From contig MU008166.1 of NCBI GenBank assembly GCA_010909165.1, forward strand, positions 930,001 to 994,000: a DNA stretch of 64,000 nt, given 5' to 3'. A program made the position numbers and the translations under genes. Of this stretch, positions 1 to 12,001 are shown piece after piece; the first letter of the stretch is position 1; every line of letters begins with the position of its first letter. The stretch is from Anthoceros angustus. Taxonomy: Eukaryota; Plantae; Anthocerotophyta. Below the pieces are notes generated by a model. The model saw only the letters and a list, made by a program, of their open reading frames with translations. It had not been told where the DNA came from and did no database searches.

Positions 1-1632
1 AGCCATGATCGTTGCCTGCGCAGTTCACGTACGGCGTCATCCTGGATGTGCTCTTAAGCGTGAGATCGAAAGAAGGGTTCCAGAAATACTTCTCCAACAT
101 CGAACGAGTCGTCCCCGGTGCGCACAACGTGCCGCTCATGATTCCGGGAACACCATACTACAAGGGCATGAAGGTTCGTGCCTTCACATCACTCCATACC
201 CAGCCACAGCATGCGCTTCATCACCTGCAGCTTCTGCCCCTTCACATGGCCCCTCCTGTGAGTCCAGGCGCGGAAGGACATGCACGCAGCAATCGGCGCG
301 GAGATTTCGTGGAGGAGGAAACTGGAGCAATGGCAGTGGCCCAAGGATGTGTTATCGCACATGATGGCAGCCGTAGACGAGGATGGCGGGAAGTTCTCCA
401 TCGCCGACCTCAAAGACACGGTAGTGACCATGATGTTCGCAGGCTACGACACAACCTCCACAACCCTAGCATGCCTCATCGAATACGTGTACCGGCACCC
501 GGACGTCCTCTGCCGACTCCAGGTACGCGCTCCTCCATCCCCCGGCGTCCTTGAAAATCCAGAGACGCAACCAATTTTCGTCAATCCCATCCACCATGTC
601 TGCCTGCCTGCCTGCGCAGGAGGAGAACGACGCTCTCCGAGCGGAGCTAGGGCCGGAAGGAGCTCTCTCATGGGACGTCATCAAAGGCCCCCAGATGCGC
701 TACACCCACATGGTCAGTCACGTTGTTGCCCCCGTCGTCTATGTGCCAATCTTATATAGCTGTACGATGCTACTTAGTTCATTCGAAATCTACTTGCATA
801 CAGTTGTGGCCAATCCCAGTGGTAGTCGTGAGCCAGCAGCCATTACAAAAATCTTTGTCTGCTTCTTTTCTTCCTCTGTCACGACACTTTCTTCCACTTC
901 AGTTCAATCTTCAGTCGTGAATACTCAACAATATTGCATCCTTGACCTTGCAGGTCATCCAAGAGGCCCAAAGGCACCTCAGCCTCGCTTACGCCATCCT
1001 AAGGGCTGCCAAGCACGACATGGAGTACGACGGTAATGTTTGTCACATACTGTGCATGACTATTTCATGCAGTAACGGTATCTCGGTGTCTCGTTCGGCT
1101 ACTGAGATGTCCCTTCCCCACTGCAGGCTTCCTTATCCCCAAAGGCTGGTATGTGCTGCTGGACGTGACTTCCACCCACCACGACCCCGCCATCTTTGAA
1201 AACCCCTCTCAATTCAACCCTTCCAGATTCGAGGTGGGTCAACTACCTCCCCTTGCGTCACTACGTATGTCTCTTCAGTGGGAGATATATATTTTTTTAC
1301 CTGCTCCGCACTGTGCCTGCAGAAAAAGCCACCTCCGTTTTCTTTCATTCCCTTCGGCCTGGGACCTCGAGCGTGTGCGGGGCAGGAGCTGGCCAGCGTG
1401 GAGCTCGTAATGTTCCTTCACCACCTTGTCACCAAATACAGGTATGGTTTTGCCTGATGCAGGTTTCTGGGCTGTATGAAGCAGACTCCGCACAGTTGTA
1501 CGATTGAATCGTTGGGTTGTTGTCTGCTGCAGCTGGGTGGTGACTGCTGAAGATCAAGGTATAGATTTCGGTCCTTCCGTCGGGAAGCCCAGGAACAAGG
1601 TGCCAATTCGGATTCAGCGACGTTGCCAGTAG
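1..1632 (+). CDS. Cytochrome P450, CYP85-clan-like; multi-exon, 5' part lies outside the window
   Basis: Spliced exons give [13 protein letters not shown]-helix MFAGYDTT, ExxR (QEAQR), FNPSRFE, heme motif [11 protein letters not shown], and last exon [10 protein letters not shown]...IRIQRRCQ* (TAG 1630-1632). GT-AG introns keep the frame. Confidence 0.93.
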
Positions 1633-2557
1633 GCAGCATTGGGGAGCTCTACTCCTGAGGTCCAGTCCAGCCTAGTGTAAATTAGTCAGATGGGTTGTAC
1701 ATCGCCACTTGTGTGACTTCTCCATTGAAATATACCACGTGTTTATTTGCGTGCTAGTGTACCTGTATCGAGGGATGGGGTGGAGTCTACTTGTACAAAA
1801 GGATGCTCCCAGCTGAGCACGGGTTATGGAATCCTGCTTTGTCCAATGCTCTGAAGAATGTTGTGCTCACGAACTTTGGAAACTGCTAGGCACATGCACA
1901 TGGGGCGCGAAACCAGCTTCTTCTTGAATTTAAAGAACCAGCTGATTGTGTCTGTAGCCATACGCAGGAACGGCACATTGTGGCATCGAATGGGCTGGCA
2001 GATGAGTCGGGAAGCGAGGAAGATCTCCAGAATCCGTTTCCCCACCGATTGGTGCGGTGACGGGAGCCATGCCTTGTGTATTCTTTGCCCATGTAGTGCT
2101 GGACATGGAATGCCCTGACATCCAGGCATCCCACTCGTATACCAGATAGTCTTCAAGCCTGCTCTACTTGTGCAAGCGTACATACAGGGTGGCCACAAGG
2201 TCATCTGGCTTGACGCTGCGTTTGCATTCAGGGTTCATGCCCTGAAAGCCGCGAGCCCCTCTACATAGAAAGTGGAGAGTTACCGCACAGGGAAGATAAA
2301 CTAGCTATCTGCCTTCACGGTGCATCTGCTTTCAGGGCATGATCCCTGGAAGCCGCAAGCTCCTCCACACACAAAGTGGAGAGTTACTGCATAGAGAAGA
2401 CAAAAATAACCTAGCAAGGTTGAACGTGGGTGTTTCAGGAGCAGACGGCCTGGCCCCGCAGGTGGGAGATTCCAAAGCGAGGTTTGACAAACACGCAGAT
2501 CGACAACAGATTTCAGGATATCCTGCAAAAGCACCTGCTCAACTTCCAAGACAGCCA

Positions 2558-2623
2558 ACGGAATTCTGGCTGCAAGCCTGGAATAAAACGACGGAATTCT
2601 GGCTGCAAGCCTGGCATTAAACG
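2558..2623. repeat. Two-copy 33-bp tandem repeat (ACGGAATTCTGGCTGCAAGCCTGG...) upstream of NAD synthetase
   Basis: Units start at 2558 and 2591. A more diverged direct repeat of about 100 bp also lies at about 2229-2305 and 2330-2416. Confidence 0.8.
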
Positions 2624-2781
2624 AGGTACTGTACTGGGACTGTATAACTCGCATCGATGGTTTTGTTGGTGTAAGATCAATTGACAGAAGCGCTTGGGGT
2701 GAAGTCAGGACTGAAGGCATCGGGAGTAAAAGACAGGGACACCATCAATCGACAATCGACGTGACGTCTGTGAACTAAAAA

Positions 2782-5700
2782 ATGAGAATAGTGAGGCTGT
2801 CCACATGCAGTCTCAATCAATGGGCTATGGAGTTTGATGGCAACTTGAGGCGCATCTTAGAGTCTCTGCAGCAGTCAAAGGACGCGGGTTCAACTTTTCG
2901 AACGGGGCCTGAGCTGGAAATTACCGGCTATGGCTGTGAGGACCACTTTTCGGAGCCTGATACTCTCACGCACTCGTATGATCATCACCCTGTGCTTGCA
3001 AGTTTTTTTTGTTGTGACAGCGGCACGGTGGGTTTTAATGCACTGATTCTTCTGGAGGCTGACCATGTTTCATGGCTTCCTGCCAGGTGGGAATGTCTGG
3101 GAAAGATTCTGGCCTCGAACCTGACTTTCGGCATGGTGTGCGACATCGGCATGCCCGTTCAGCAAGGAGGGGTTAGGTATAATTGCAGGGTTGTCTGTCT
3201 TGATGGTCAAATTCTTCTCATCCGGCCTAAGCTTTTCTTGGCAAATGATGGGAACTATCGGGAGTTGCGATGGTTTTCTGCTTGGAAGCATCATAACAAG
3301 CTGGTAAACCTGCAACTTCCTGAAAGTATCACGAATTTGTATGGACAAGCATCAGTGCCCTTTGGAGATGGATATCTGTCCTTCACCGACACGTAAGTTC
3401 TTCTGTGCCTGTGGAGCTCCATGCTGGGGTTTCTGACGAGCTCGTATTGAAATGCTGACCGCAAGGGTGCATGCTTGTGTCACACCAGAACTCTGGCATC
3501 TGAAACATGTGAGGAGCTCTTCACGCCAGCTTCGCCACACATTGCACTTGCGCTGAACGGAGTTGATATCATTGCGAACGGAAGTGGGAGTCACCATCAG
3601 CTGCGAAAGCTCAACACAAGGCTTGAGCTCATGCAAAGTGCAACCAGTAAAGCTGGTGGTATTTATTTGTATGCTAATCAGCAAGGGTGCGATGGTGGAC
3701 GACTATACTATGGTGATTGATCTACATTCCCTGAAATCTTGTCATAGATGCACTAGCCTTCTTAAAGGATGCTCGTGGTTAGCCTTCTGTTCGCCACTAG
3801 AAAACGCTTTCTACTTCAGTGGCCTTGCTTTTGACTACCTGCTAAATGGACCGAACAGATGGCTGTGCGTGTATCCTTGTCAATGGAGATGTGGTTGCTC
3901 AGGGCTCCCAATTCTCTCTGAACGATGTTGAAGTTGTGACAGCTTCTGTTGACCTGGATGTTGTACGGTCTCCAACGTGAACCTTTCATTGATTGCCTTT
4001 TGCTGTGCATTGCATGATATATTTCTGCTTTCCTAGCTATGTACCACGTAGACGTTTGACTTGTGGCTTGCAGGTGGCAAGTTACAGGGGAGCTGTGAGC
4101 AGTCTGAGAGAACAGGCAAGCCAGGAAGCTCCTAAACCTTCTGTCAAGGTGGACTTTCGGCTATCAGACGCTGTCTTTGACCTGACGAGTTTTCCATCAC
4201 TGCCAATTGCAGTAAGACCCTTCCCCAGCTTGTTGAGTGATGGGAAGATGATAACAAACTCAGGTTGCGTGTTTTCATGGGTAATGAGATTTTTGGACAA
4301 CAGGTGAGGTACCATCTTCCCCAGGAAGAGATTGCTCTCGGACCTGCATGTTGGCTGTGGGACTATCTTCGTAGAAGTGGTGGAAGTGGCTTTCTCCTTC
4401 CACTTTCTGGTGGTGCAGATAGCTCAAGTGTGGCGGCGTTAGTGGGAAGCATGTGTCAACTTGTCCTGAAAGGTCCTTGCTTTATGAACTTGTGGTAACC
4501 TATGCATGTCTCCTATCTGGTCCTGTCTTTTATTCTTTGGACTGCTCACACTTTCGTTCTTGTTTTCCAGCTGTGAAGGAGGGGAACGAACAGGTATTGG
4601 CAGATGCTGTACGCATTGGGAACTATGAGAAAGGGATGGTACCTGTCAATCCCTGTGAATTTGCCAATCGGGTTCTGCATACTGTGTACATGGGAACTGA
4701 TAACAGGTGCTAAAATCCTAGTCTCACTTGTTTCCTGGCATTTGTAGCTTCGGTTCTCTGTTTCTGTAGGCTTTGTCTCTAACTTAAATCAACCATCTGA
4801 AGCTCTGAAGGCACACGAGATCGGGCCAAGAGATTAGCAGAAGAACTTGGAGCATCTCACTTAGATGTGAAAATTGATGTTATTTTTTCAGCCATGCTTT
4901 CCTTGTTTCATACAATGACAGGGAAAACTCCAAAGTACAAGGTAAAGGCTAATCAACATTCCTGAACTTGAATCACCTTCTTCAGCCCATCAGGCCCAAA
5001 TACATGGCTGATACATGGTTATTTGTTGTAGGTTGATGGCGGAACAAATGCAGAGAATCTCGCGCTGCAAAACCTCCAGGCTCGTATCCGTATGGTTCTT
5101 GCTTATATGCTAGCATCACTACTACCGTGGGTGCGTGGCAGACCAGGGTTTCTCCTTGTTTTGGGCAGTGCAAATGTGGATGAAGGACTTCGAGGATATC
5201 TGACAAAGGTAGGAGTTGCTCTTCTTTGTTGTTACCTTTTGCAGTGCTAAGGAAGGGAAGCGTCTTGATTGTTGCGCACTTTTGCAGTATGACAACAGTT
5301 CTGCCGACATCAATCCTATAGGAGGCATCAGCAAGCTGGATATCCGTGCTTTTCTAAGATGGGGAGCTGAATATTTAGGCTATTCAACTCTGGCTGAAAT
5401 AGAGTCCGCTCCACCCACAGCAGAGCTGGAGCCTATTCGAGAAAATTATACCCAGGTGAACTGCTGAGAATGCATTGTCAATGCACTGGCATTAGGGGAG
5501 CATGCTCATGCCTTTCTTGCAGACAGATGAAGCCGACATGGGCATGACATATGAGGAGCTTTCAATGTATGGTCGCCTTCGGAAAGTCTTCCGCTGTGGT
5601 CCTGTCTCAATGTTTCAGGTTAGAGCTCGATGGTTGAAGTCCGGCTTGACAGTGTGCTGTATGGTGCTGGACATGTACAGACTGTACTTTTTCCTCCACA

Positions 5701-6251
5701 CACATCTTGTCTGTGTTTGCAGCACCTCTGCCATCGTTGGCAAGGTCGGCTTACCCCAGCTGAAGTTTCTATAAAGGTGAAGGACTTTTTCAAATATTAC
5801 TCCATGAACCGCCACAAGATGACAACTTTGACACCCTCCTACCATGCAGAGGTTAGAGACTCTTGATGTTGGTGCGTTGTAGTCCAGTATTGCTGCTAAT
5901 TTGACTATCTTATAGTCGAGTCTCTAGTGACTGAAAGGCACAATTTTGAAATCTTGTGTGTTCAATTGTTTTGTTTCCTTGTGGTATGCACTAACTTCTT
6001 GTTGCTAACAGAGCTACTCGCCAGAGGACAACCGGTTTGATTTGCGACAGTTCCTATATAACACGCGCTGGCCTTGGCAATTCAAGCGCATAGACGAGAT
6101 TGTGCTGCTAGGTGAGCAAACCAATCGGTGTGACAGAGATCGAGCAAAACCTGGTCATTTGACAAGTGCAGAGTTATCTGAGGCTCATGCAGCTGGCTTC
6201 GGAGTCCCGGCTGCAGATTCCGGCAACCCACATTCTGCAAGGGCAACATGA
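2782..6251 (+). CDS. QNS1: Glutamine-dependent NAD(+) synthetase (nitrilase-like glutaminase plus NAD synthase domains), multi-exon
   Basis: [120 protein letters not shown] are all typical of eukaryotic NAD synthetases. Confidence 0.97.
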
Positions 6252-6626
6252 TATGGTGACTAGTTGCAAATAGTCTTTCCAGCTTAACATCTGACATCTG
6301 GAAGCCTGCCCTAACTTACAGGCAAAATCTTTTAAGTAGAAAATGTCAAAGATCCAGAACCCTCTTGTCGGAAGCGAGAGAGCACCTTGTTGTTTAGATG
6401 TGTAGATTCAATGTCGTAGAGAGAGTTCCTTGGGCTTTGGCTTTTGCCTTCCTTGGGCATTCGGTAATGGCCTTCCGTCGTTCGAAGTTCAACGACAAAG
6501 AAAGGGATCTCTTCCTCTATATATGTGAAAGAGTTGAGCATTATTTTAACCGAAGCTCAAGGAGGACGACAAGGATAAATGCCTCTACATACGGGAGAGA
6601 CTTCAGCATTACTTTCATCTGCAAAC

Positions 6627-7745
6627 ATGGAGTCCTCTTTGGGCAAGTTTGTGCTGGGTCAAGTGCTTGGGAGGGGGACATTTGGCACTGTCATTGCTGC
6701 AAAACATGCGGACACTGGCCACTTGGTGGCAATCAAGATCCTGGATAAATTGAGGGTTCGTGACGGAAATAGACTGCAGCTTCTTACACGGGAGATTTGT
6801 ATCATGTCACAGTTGAGGCATCCCAACGTTGTCAGGTTGTTTGAGGTGATAGAAACCGAGACCCATTTTTGTTTGGTAATGGAGCTTCTTCCTCACGGCG
6901 ACTTGCTTCAAAAGCTATGGCTTCAGAAGCTAAGAGGGGAAGATTTGCCCGAAAGCCAAGCTAGGAGATATTTCCAGCAACTCATCAGTGTCGTGCACTC
7001 CTGCCACAGGAGAGGGGTCTTTCATAGGGATATCAAGCTGGAGAACTTAATGTTAGATTCAAAAAGTAATTTGAAATTAGGGGATTTCGGCTTAAGTGCT
7101 ATGTTAGATCAGGTCAGTGAAGATGGGCTGCTCTACTCATTCTGTGGATCACCCAGATACCTTGCTCCGGAAGTGTTGGACAAGGAAGGATACGACGGAG
7201 CAGCTGCAGATCTCTGGGCGTGTGGCGTGGTACTTTATCGTCTAATAACTGGTAAGTTCCCATTCGACGACCAGAGCGTTATCCGCACATACACGAAGAT
7301 ACGGAATGCCAGCTTTGATATCCCTCCTGGAGTATCGCACGGGGCCAGAAGCATTATCCGGAGGTTGCTAGTAGTCGATCCCAAGAAGCGACTGACTGCA
7401 GCTCAGATTTTCGAAGACGAGTGGTTTAAGCAAGACTACGTAGCTCCTGACTTTCACGATCCGGCGGAACATGCCATTGTGACATTGGACGACTTCCTTA
7501 AGGCTCCACTGTTTCAAACCAGCCTTTCAGAACAGTTAACCGTACCGCAGGATGGCATCCCCAGTGCTCCGGTGGCTCTGAACTTCAGGGCACTGAACTT
7601 CTCAACCCCTCTCCAGGGCACTGAACTTCTCAACCCCACTCCGTCATCATTTGTGAAGAAATGTGGAGCAGCTGCCAAACGGCTTGGCGCCACCGCCAAG
7701 AGAAAGATGCGGGAGCTGTGCAAAATCCCCTGCCAATGCTTTTAG
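6627..7745 (+). CDS. Intronless CIPK/SnRK3-like Ser/Thr kinase, copy 1; no recognisable NAF domain
   Basis: ATG 6627. Motifs GRGTFG, VAIK, HRDIKLEN, DFGLSA...DGLL, CGSPRYLAPE, GYDGAAADLWACGV, WFKQDY, followed by a short C-tail. Confidence 0.9.
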   Translation: MESSLGKFVLGQVLGRGTFGTVIAAKHADTGHLVAIKILDKLRVRDGNRLQLLTREICIMSQLRHPNVVRLFEVIETETHFCLVMELLPHGDLLQKLWLQKLRGEDLPESQARRYFQQLISVVHSCHRRGVFHRDIKLENLMLDSKSNLKLGDFGLSAMLDQVSEDGLLYSFCGSPRYLAPEVLDKEGYDGAAADLWACGVVLYRLITGKFPFDDQSVIRTYTKIRNASFDIPPGVSHGARSIIRRLLVVDPKKRLTAAQIFEDEWFKQDYVAPDFHDPAEHAIVTLDDFLKAPLFQTSLSEQLTVPQDGIPSAPVALNFRALNFSTPLQGTELLNPTPSSFVKKCGAAAKRLGATAKRKMRELCKIPCQCF

Positions 7746-8589
7746 GAAACGATAGCTTTTGTTTTTTTTTATAGTGTATACTTCTCATTGATCAGGTCAT
7801 ATGTACAAGCTGAGGCTTTACCAAGCCTTCAGCAGATCCACAAAGTCTGTGTCTGCTATGTGCAGTATCTAAGCGAAACCAGTGAGACGATTGCTTTTGT
7901 TGCAAATGTACCTTGAAGGCATGTGTTTTCCTATCGTTACTGTTCATTCAAACCATATCAGCAAAAAGGAGGTCTCGTTTGAACTGCGCAATGGCCAAGG
8001 CCGTGGTCCATGGACAGTCCAGAGTCTTCCTGTCAGTCTCACAGCACACCTCTGGCCATGTTTGTTCATCACCGTCGAGAGATGGCTTGCATACATGCCC
8101 TGCGAAGGAATTTGGGTCTGGAATCTCCGGAGAGGAAGGATATTTGTCAACCAAAATGTGGTGACCATGGCTGATCTGCTGCCTGCATTTCCTTACTTTC
8201 CAGCCACCACTTTCAAATTGCTTATTTTCAATCACACCGCTGCAGCTTACCAAAAAACTTATCTCAGAAGTGAGAGAGCACCTTGTTGTCTATGTTGTCT
8301 ACAGAGTTCCTTGGGCTTTGGCCTTTGCGTTCCTTGGGCATTCGGTAATGGCCTTCGTCGTTCGAAACTCAAGGACGAAGAGGGATTTCTTCCTATATAT
8401 ATGTGAAAGAGTAGAGCATTAATTCAACCGAAGCTCAAGGGTCGAGGAAGGTAGAACGTTCGCCAACATCTTTTTCTCGACAGTTGCTGAAAGCGTTTAG
8501 CATTGTTTTCAACCGAAGCCCCAAGGACGAAGAAAAAATAAACGCGTCTACATACGTGAGAGACTTCGGCATTATTTTCAACTGCAAAC

Positions 8590-9714
8590 ATGGAGTCCCC
8601 GATGGGCAAGTTTGTGCTGGAGCGAGTGCTCGGGAACGGGAAGTTTGGCACTGTCATTGCTGCAAAACATATGGACACTGGCGACTCGGTGGCAATCAAG
8701 ATGCTGGATAAAGACAGGCTTAGTAACGGCCATGGATTCAAGCTTCTTAGACAGGAGATTTGTATCATGTCACAGTTGAGGCATCCCAACGTTGTCAGGT
8801 TGTTGGAGGTGATTGAGACAGAGACCCATTTTTGTTTGGTAATGGAGCTTCTTCCACACGGCGACTTGCTTGAGAAACTACGTCGGGATGGTGTGACCGA
8901 AAGTCAAGCAAGGAGATATTTCCAGCACCTCATCAGTGCCGTGCACTCCTGCCACAGGAGAGGTGTCTATCATAGGGACATCAAGCTGGACAACTTATTG
9001 TTAGATACCGAGGGCAATTTGAAATTAGGGGATTTCGGCTTAAGTGCTATGTCAAATCAGGTCAAGGAAGACGGGCTGCTTCACACATTCTGTGGAACAC
9101 CAGAATATCTTGCTCCGGAAGTGTTGAACAGGCAAGGATACGATGGAGCACCTGCAGACCTCTGGTCATGTGGCGTGGTACTTTATCTTCTATTAGTTGG
9201 TGAATTCCCATTCTGCGAAGGGAACGTTCTCCACACATACACGAAGATCCGGAATGCCATCTATGATATCCCTCCTGGATTGTCGCCAGGGGCCAGTAGC
9301 ATTATCCGGAGATTGCTAGTCGTCGACCCCAAGAAGCGACTGACTGCAGCTCAGATTTTCGAAGATAAGTGGTTTAAGCAAGACTACGTTGCTCCCGACT
9401 ATCACGATCCGGCGGAACATCTGACTGTCACACTGGACGACTTCCTTGAGGCTCAATTCTTTCCAGCCAGCCTTTCAAAACAGACAGCCGTACCGCAGCA
9501 TGGCATCCCCATCGCTCCAGTCGATGAAGTTATATTTCCCGATGCCACAAGCCAGGCAGACTCAGGCACTGAACTTCACGACCCGATTCCGTCGCCCACT
9601 TTTTGGCAGTTTGTGAAAGAATGTGGAGCAGCTGGCAAACAGCTTGGTATCACGGCCAAGACAAAGATCTATCAGCTGTGCAAGATGCCTGTCAATGCTT
9701 TTAGGAGACGATAG
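8590..9714 (+). CDS. Intronless CIPK/SnRK3-like kinase, copy 2 (tandem paralogue of copy 1)
   Basis: GNGKFG, VAIK, HRDIKLDN, DFGLSA, HTFCGTPEYLAPE. Coding region and flanks align with those of copy 1. Confidence 0.9.
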   Translation: MESPMGKFVLERVLGNGKFGTVIAAKHMDTGDSVAIKMLDKDRLSNGHGFKLLRQEICIMSQLRHPNVVRLLEVIETETHFCLVMELLPHGDLLEKLRRDGVTESQARRYFQHLISAVHSCHRRGVYHRDIKLDNLLLDTEGNLKLGDFGLSAMSNQVKEDGLLHTFCGTPEYLAPEVLNRQGYDGAPADLWSCGVVLYLLLVGEFPFCEGNVLHTYTKIRNAIYDIPPGLSPGASSIIRRLLVVDPKKRLTAAQIFEDKWFKQDYVAPDYHDPAEHLTVTLDDFLEAQFFPASLSKQTAVPQHGIPIAPVDEVIFPDATSQADSGTELHDPIPSPTFWQFVKECGAAGKQLGITAKTKIYQLCKMPVNAFRRR

Positions 9715-9992
9715 CTTTTGTCGCAAGTGTACCTTGTAAGCATGTGTTTCCATATCGTTAATACTCATTCAAACCATTTCATCAAATTCAAGGAGGTCTC
9801 GTTCCACCTGCTCGACGGCCAAGGCCGCCCACAACGCACCTTCGCCTCCGCATGTGTTCATCACCGTCGACAGATCATATGGCTTGCATGCATGCCCTGC
9901 GAAGGAGTTTTGGACCGCCACGTACATTATTGACTTGGAAATTTGCTGCGGAAGAAAGCTCATTCTGAATAATAGAAATCGCTTTTAAACTA

Positions 9993-11728
9993 TCTAAAAT
10001 AGACTTCGGTTATAAATCATTAAAATAGGATTTTTATTTCTATTACTTCCATTTTAATTGTAATTCTGATCTATAAATACTCAAAACTTGTTTGAGACAT
10101 CTCAATTATTTACAACTCATCTTTCTTGTCAAATTCATATATAATATCTTTTTCTTTTCATTCTCTCTTAATGTAATTTATAACTGGGACAAGACTCTAC
10201 GTCAACTATTATATCACACTCTTCTTCCAATATTGTATAGAGACGTTTTAATCAATCATAATAACAACTAAGGATGGAGTTCGAGAGCACAAACACAGGT
10301 GTGGGCAAATATGAAATTGGACAAATGCTTGGAGAAGGATCTCCTCTTGTTCTACTTGGGAGACATGTACGCTACGTGAACTTCGGCATTGAAGATGGTT
10401 GACGAATAACTATTGCATTGAAATATTTGAAAATGAGTGGTTCAAGCAAGACTACACAAATATCAATAATGAGGGTAAAAGACAACTTATCTTGGTCTTG
10501 GAGCTCCAACAACATGTGCCGCCCACGCAAACATGACAATTTACTAACAAAGAGTGATGAAGATCCTTGAGTTCACGAAAAGTATATGTGTTGCACTTCA
10601 TCTGAAGTTAAGTAACCACATTCCTTAAAAATAAGTGAGGAGGCATGCATGAGAGGCATGATAATCTAATGTAATGAACTGAGTCATACTTTTTAGATAC
10701 AATGATTGTGATACACTTTGTGGCATAAAAGTAGGTTCAAAAGGATGGGCGATTTGCGTATATACATTTTGTGGAACACCATATTATATAGCTCTGAGTA
10801 GGTTCAAAAATGGTTATGATGGTGCCATTAGATATATGGTCATGTGGTGTGGTACTATTTGAACTTCATGCCATTTGAGGAGAAACTAATCCCAATTGTA
10901 CAAAAATGTTGAGAAAGGTGAGTACCAAATGCCTTTAGATTTGACCCCAGTGCCCAATACATGATTAGAAGGCTCTTAGCATCAATCCATTTGAGAAATA
11001 ACTATTGCTGAAATATTTGAAAAAAGTGGTTTAAGCAAGACTACGTTGCTCCCGACTATCACGATCCGGCGGAACATCTGACTGTCACACTGGACGACTT
11101 CCTTGAGGCTCAATTCTTTCCAGCCAGCCTTTCAAAACAGACAGCCGTACCGCAGCATGGCATCCCCATCGCTCCAGTCGATGAAGTTATATTTCCCGAT
11201 GCCACAAGCCAGGCAGACTCAGGCACTGAACTTCACGACCCGATTCCGTCGCCCACTTTTGGCAGTTTGTGAAAGAATGTGGAGCAGCTGGCAAACAGCT
11301 TGGTATCACGGCCAAGACAAAGATCTATCAGCTGTGCAAGATGCCTGTCAATGCTTTTAGGAGACGATAGCTTTGTCGCAAGTGTACCTTGTAAGCATGT
11401 GTTTCCATATCGTGCCACTTGGCAAACTAGTGACAATTCTACTAACAAAGAGTGATGAAGATCCTTGAGTTCACGAAAAGTATATGTGTTGCACTTCATC
11501 TCTGAGTTAAGTAACCACATTCCTTAAAAATAAGTGAGGAGGCATGCATGAGAGGCGACAGCATCTAGTATATTGAACTAGACTTCAACTTTTCTAGATA
11601 TCATGAACTAAACTAGATATCGACTTGCTTCATAAACAATGTAGGGAGGATTTGTTTGGAAGTCTTGGAGCATCTTTTTTCTTCAAGGTGCAAGAACTTC
11701 ATAAATTGAGGGCTCTTCTTCTAAAATA
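9993..11728 (+). pseudogene. Scrambled, frameshifted mosaic of kinase copy 3 (promoter, CDS pieces, 3' flank) and the 3' end of kinase copy 2; pseudogene or assembly artefact
   Basis: 9993-10400 copies 11720-12133. Later pieces copy about 12759-12840, 12246-12272, 12870-13020, 12500-12800, 9368-9756 and 12860-13199. Many 1-nt indels. Confidence 0.75.
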
Positions 11729-12001
11729 GACTTCGGTTATAAATCATTAAAAATAGGATTTTTATTTCTATTACTTCCATTTTAATTGTAATTCTGATCT
11801 ATAAATACTCAAAACTTGTTTGAGACATCTCAATTATTTACAACTCATCTTTCTTGTCAAATTCATATATAATATCTTTTTCTTTTCATTCTCTCTTAAT
11901 GTAATTTATAACTGGGACAAGACTCTACGTCAACTATTATATCACACTCTTCTTCCAATATTGTATAGAGACGTTTTAATCAATCATAATAACAACTAAG
12001 G

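Noticed and set aside
2782-3396. 204-aa ORF as a single exon of NAD synthetase
   Set aside because: It reads through a stop-free intron (gtatgatc...cctgccag); the inserted peptide interrupts the conserved HS/WE sequence.
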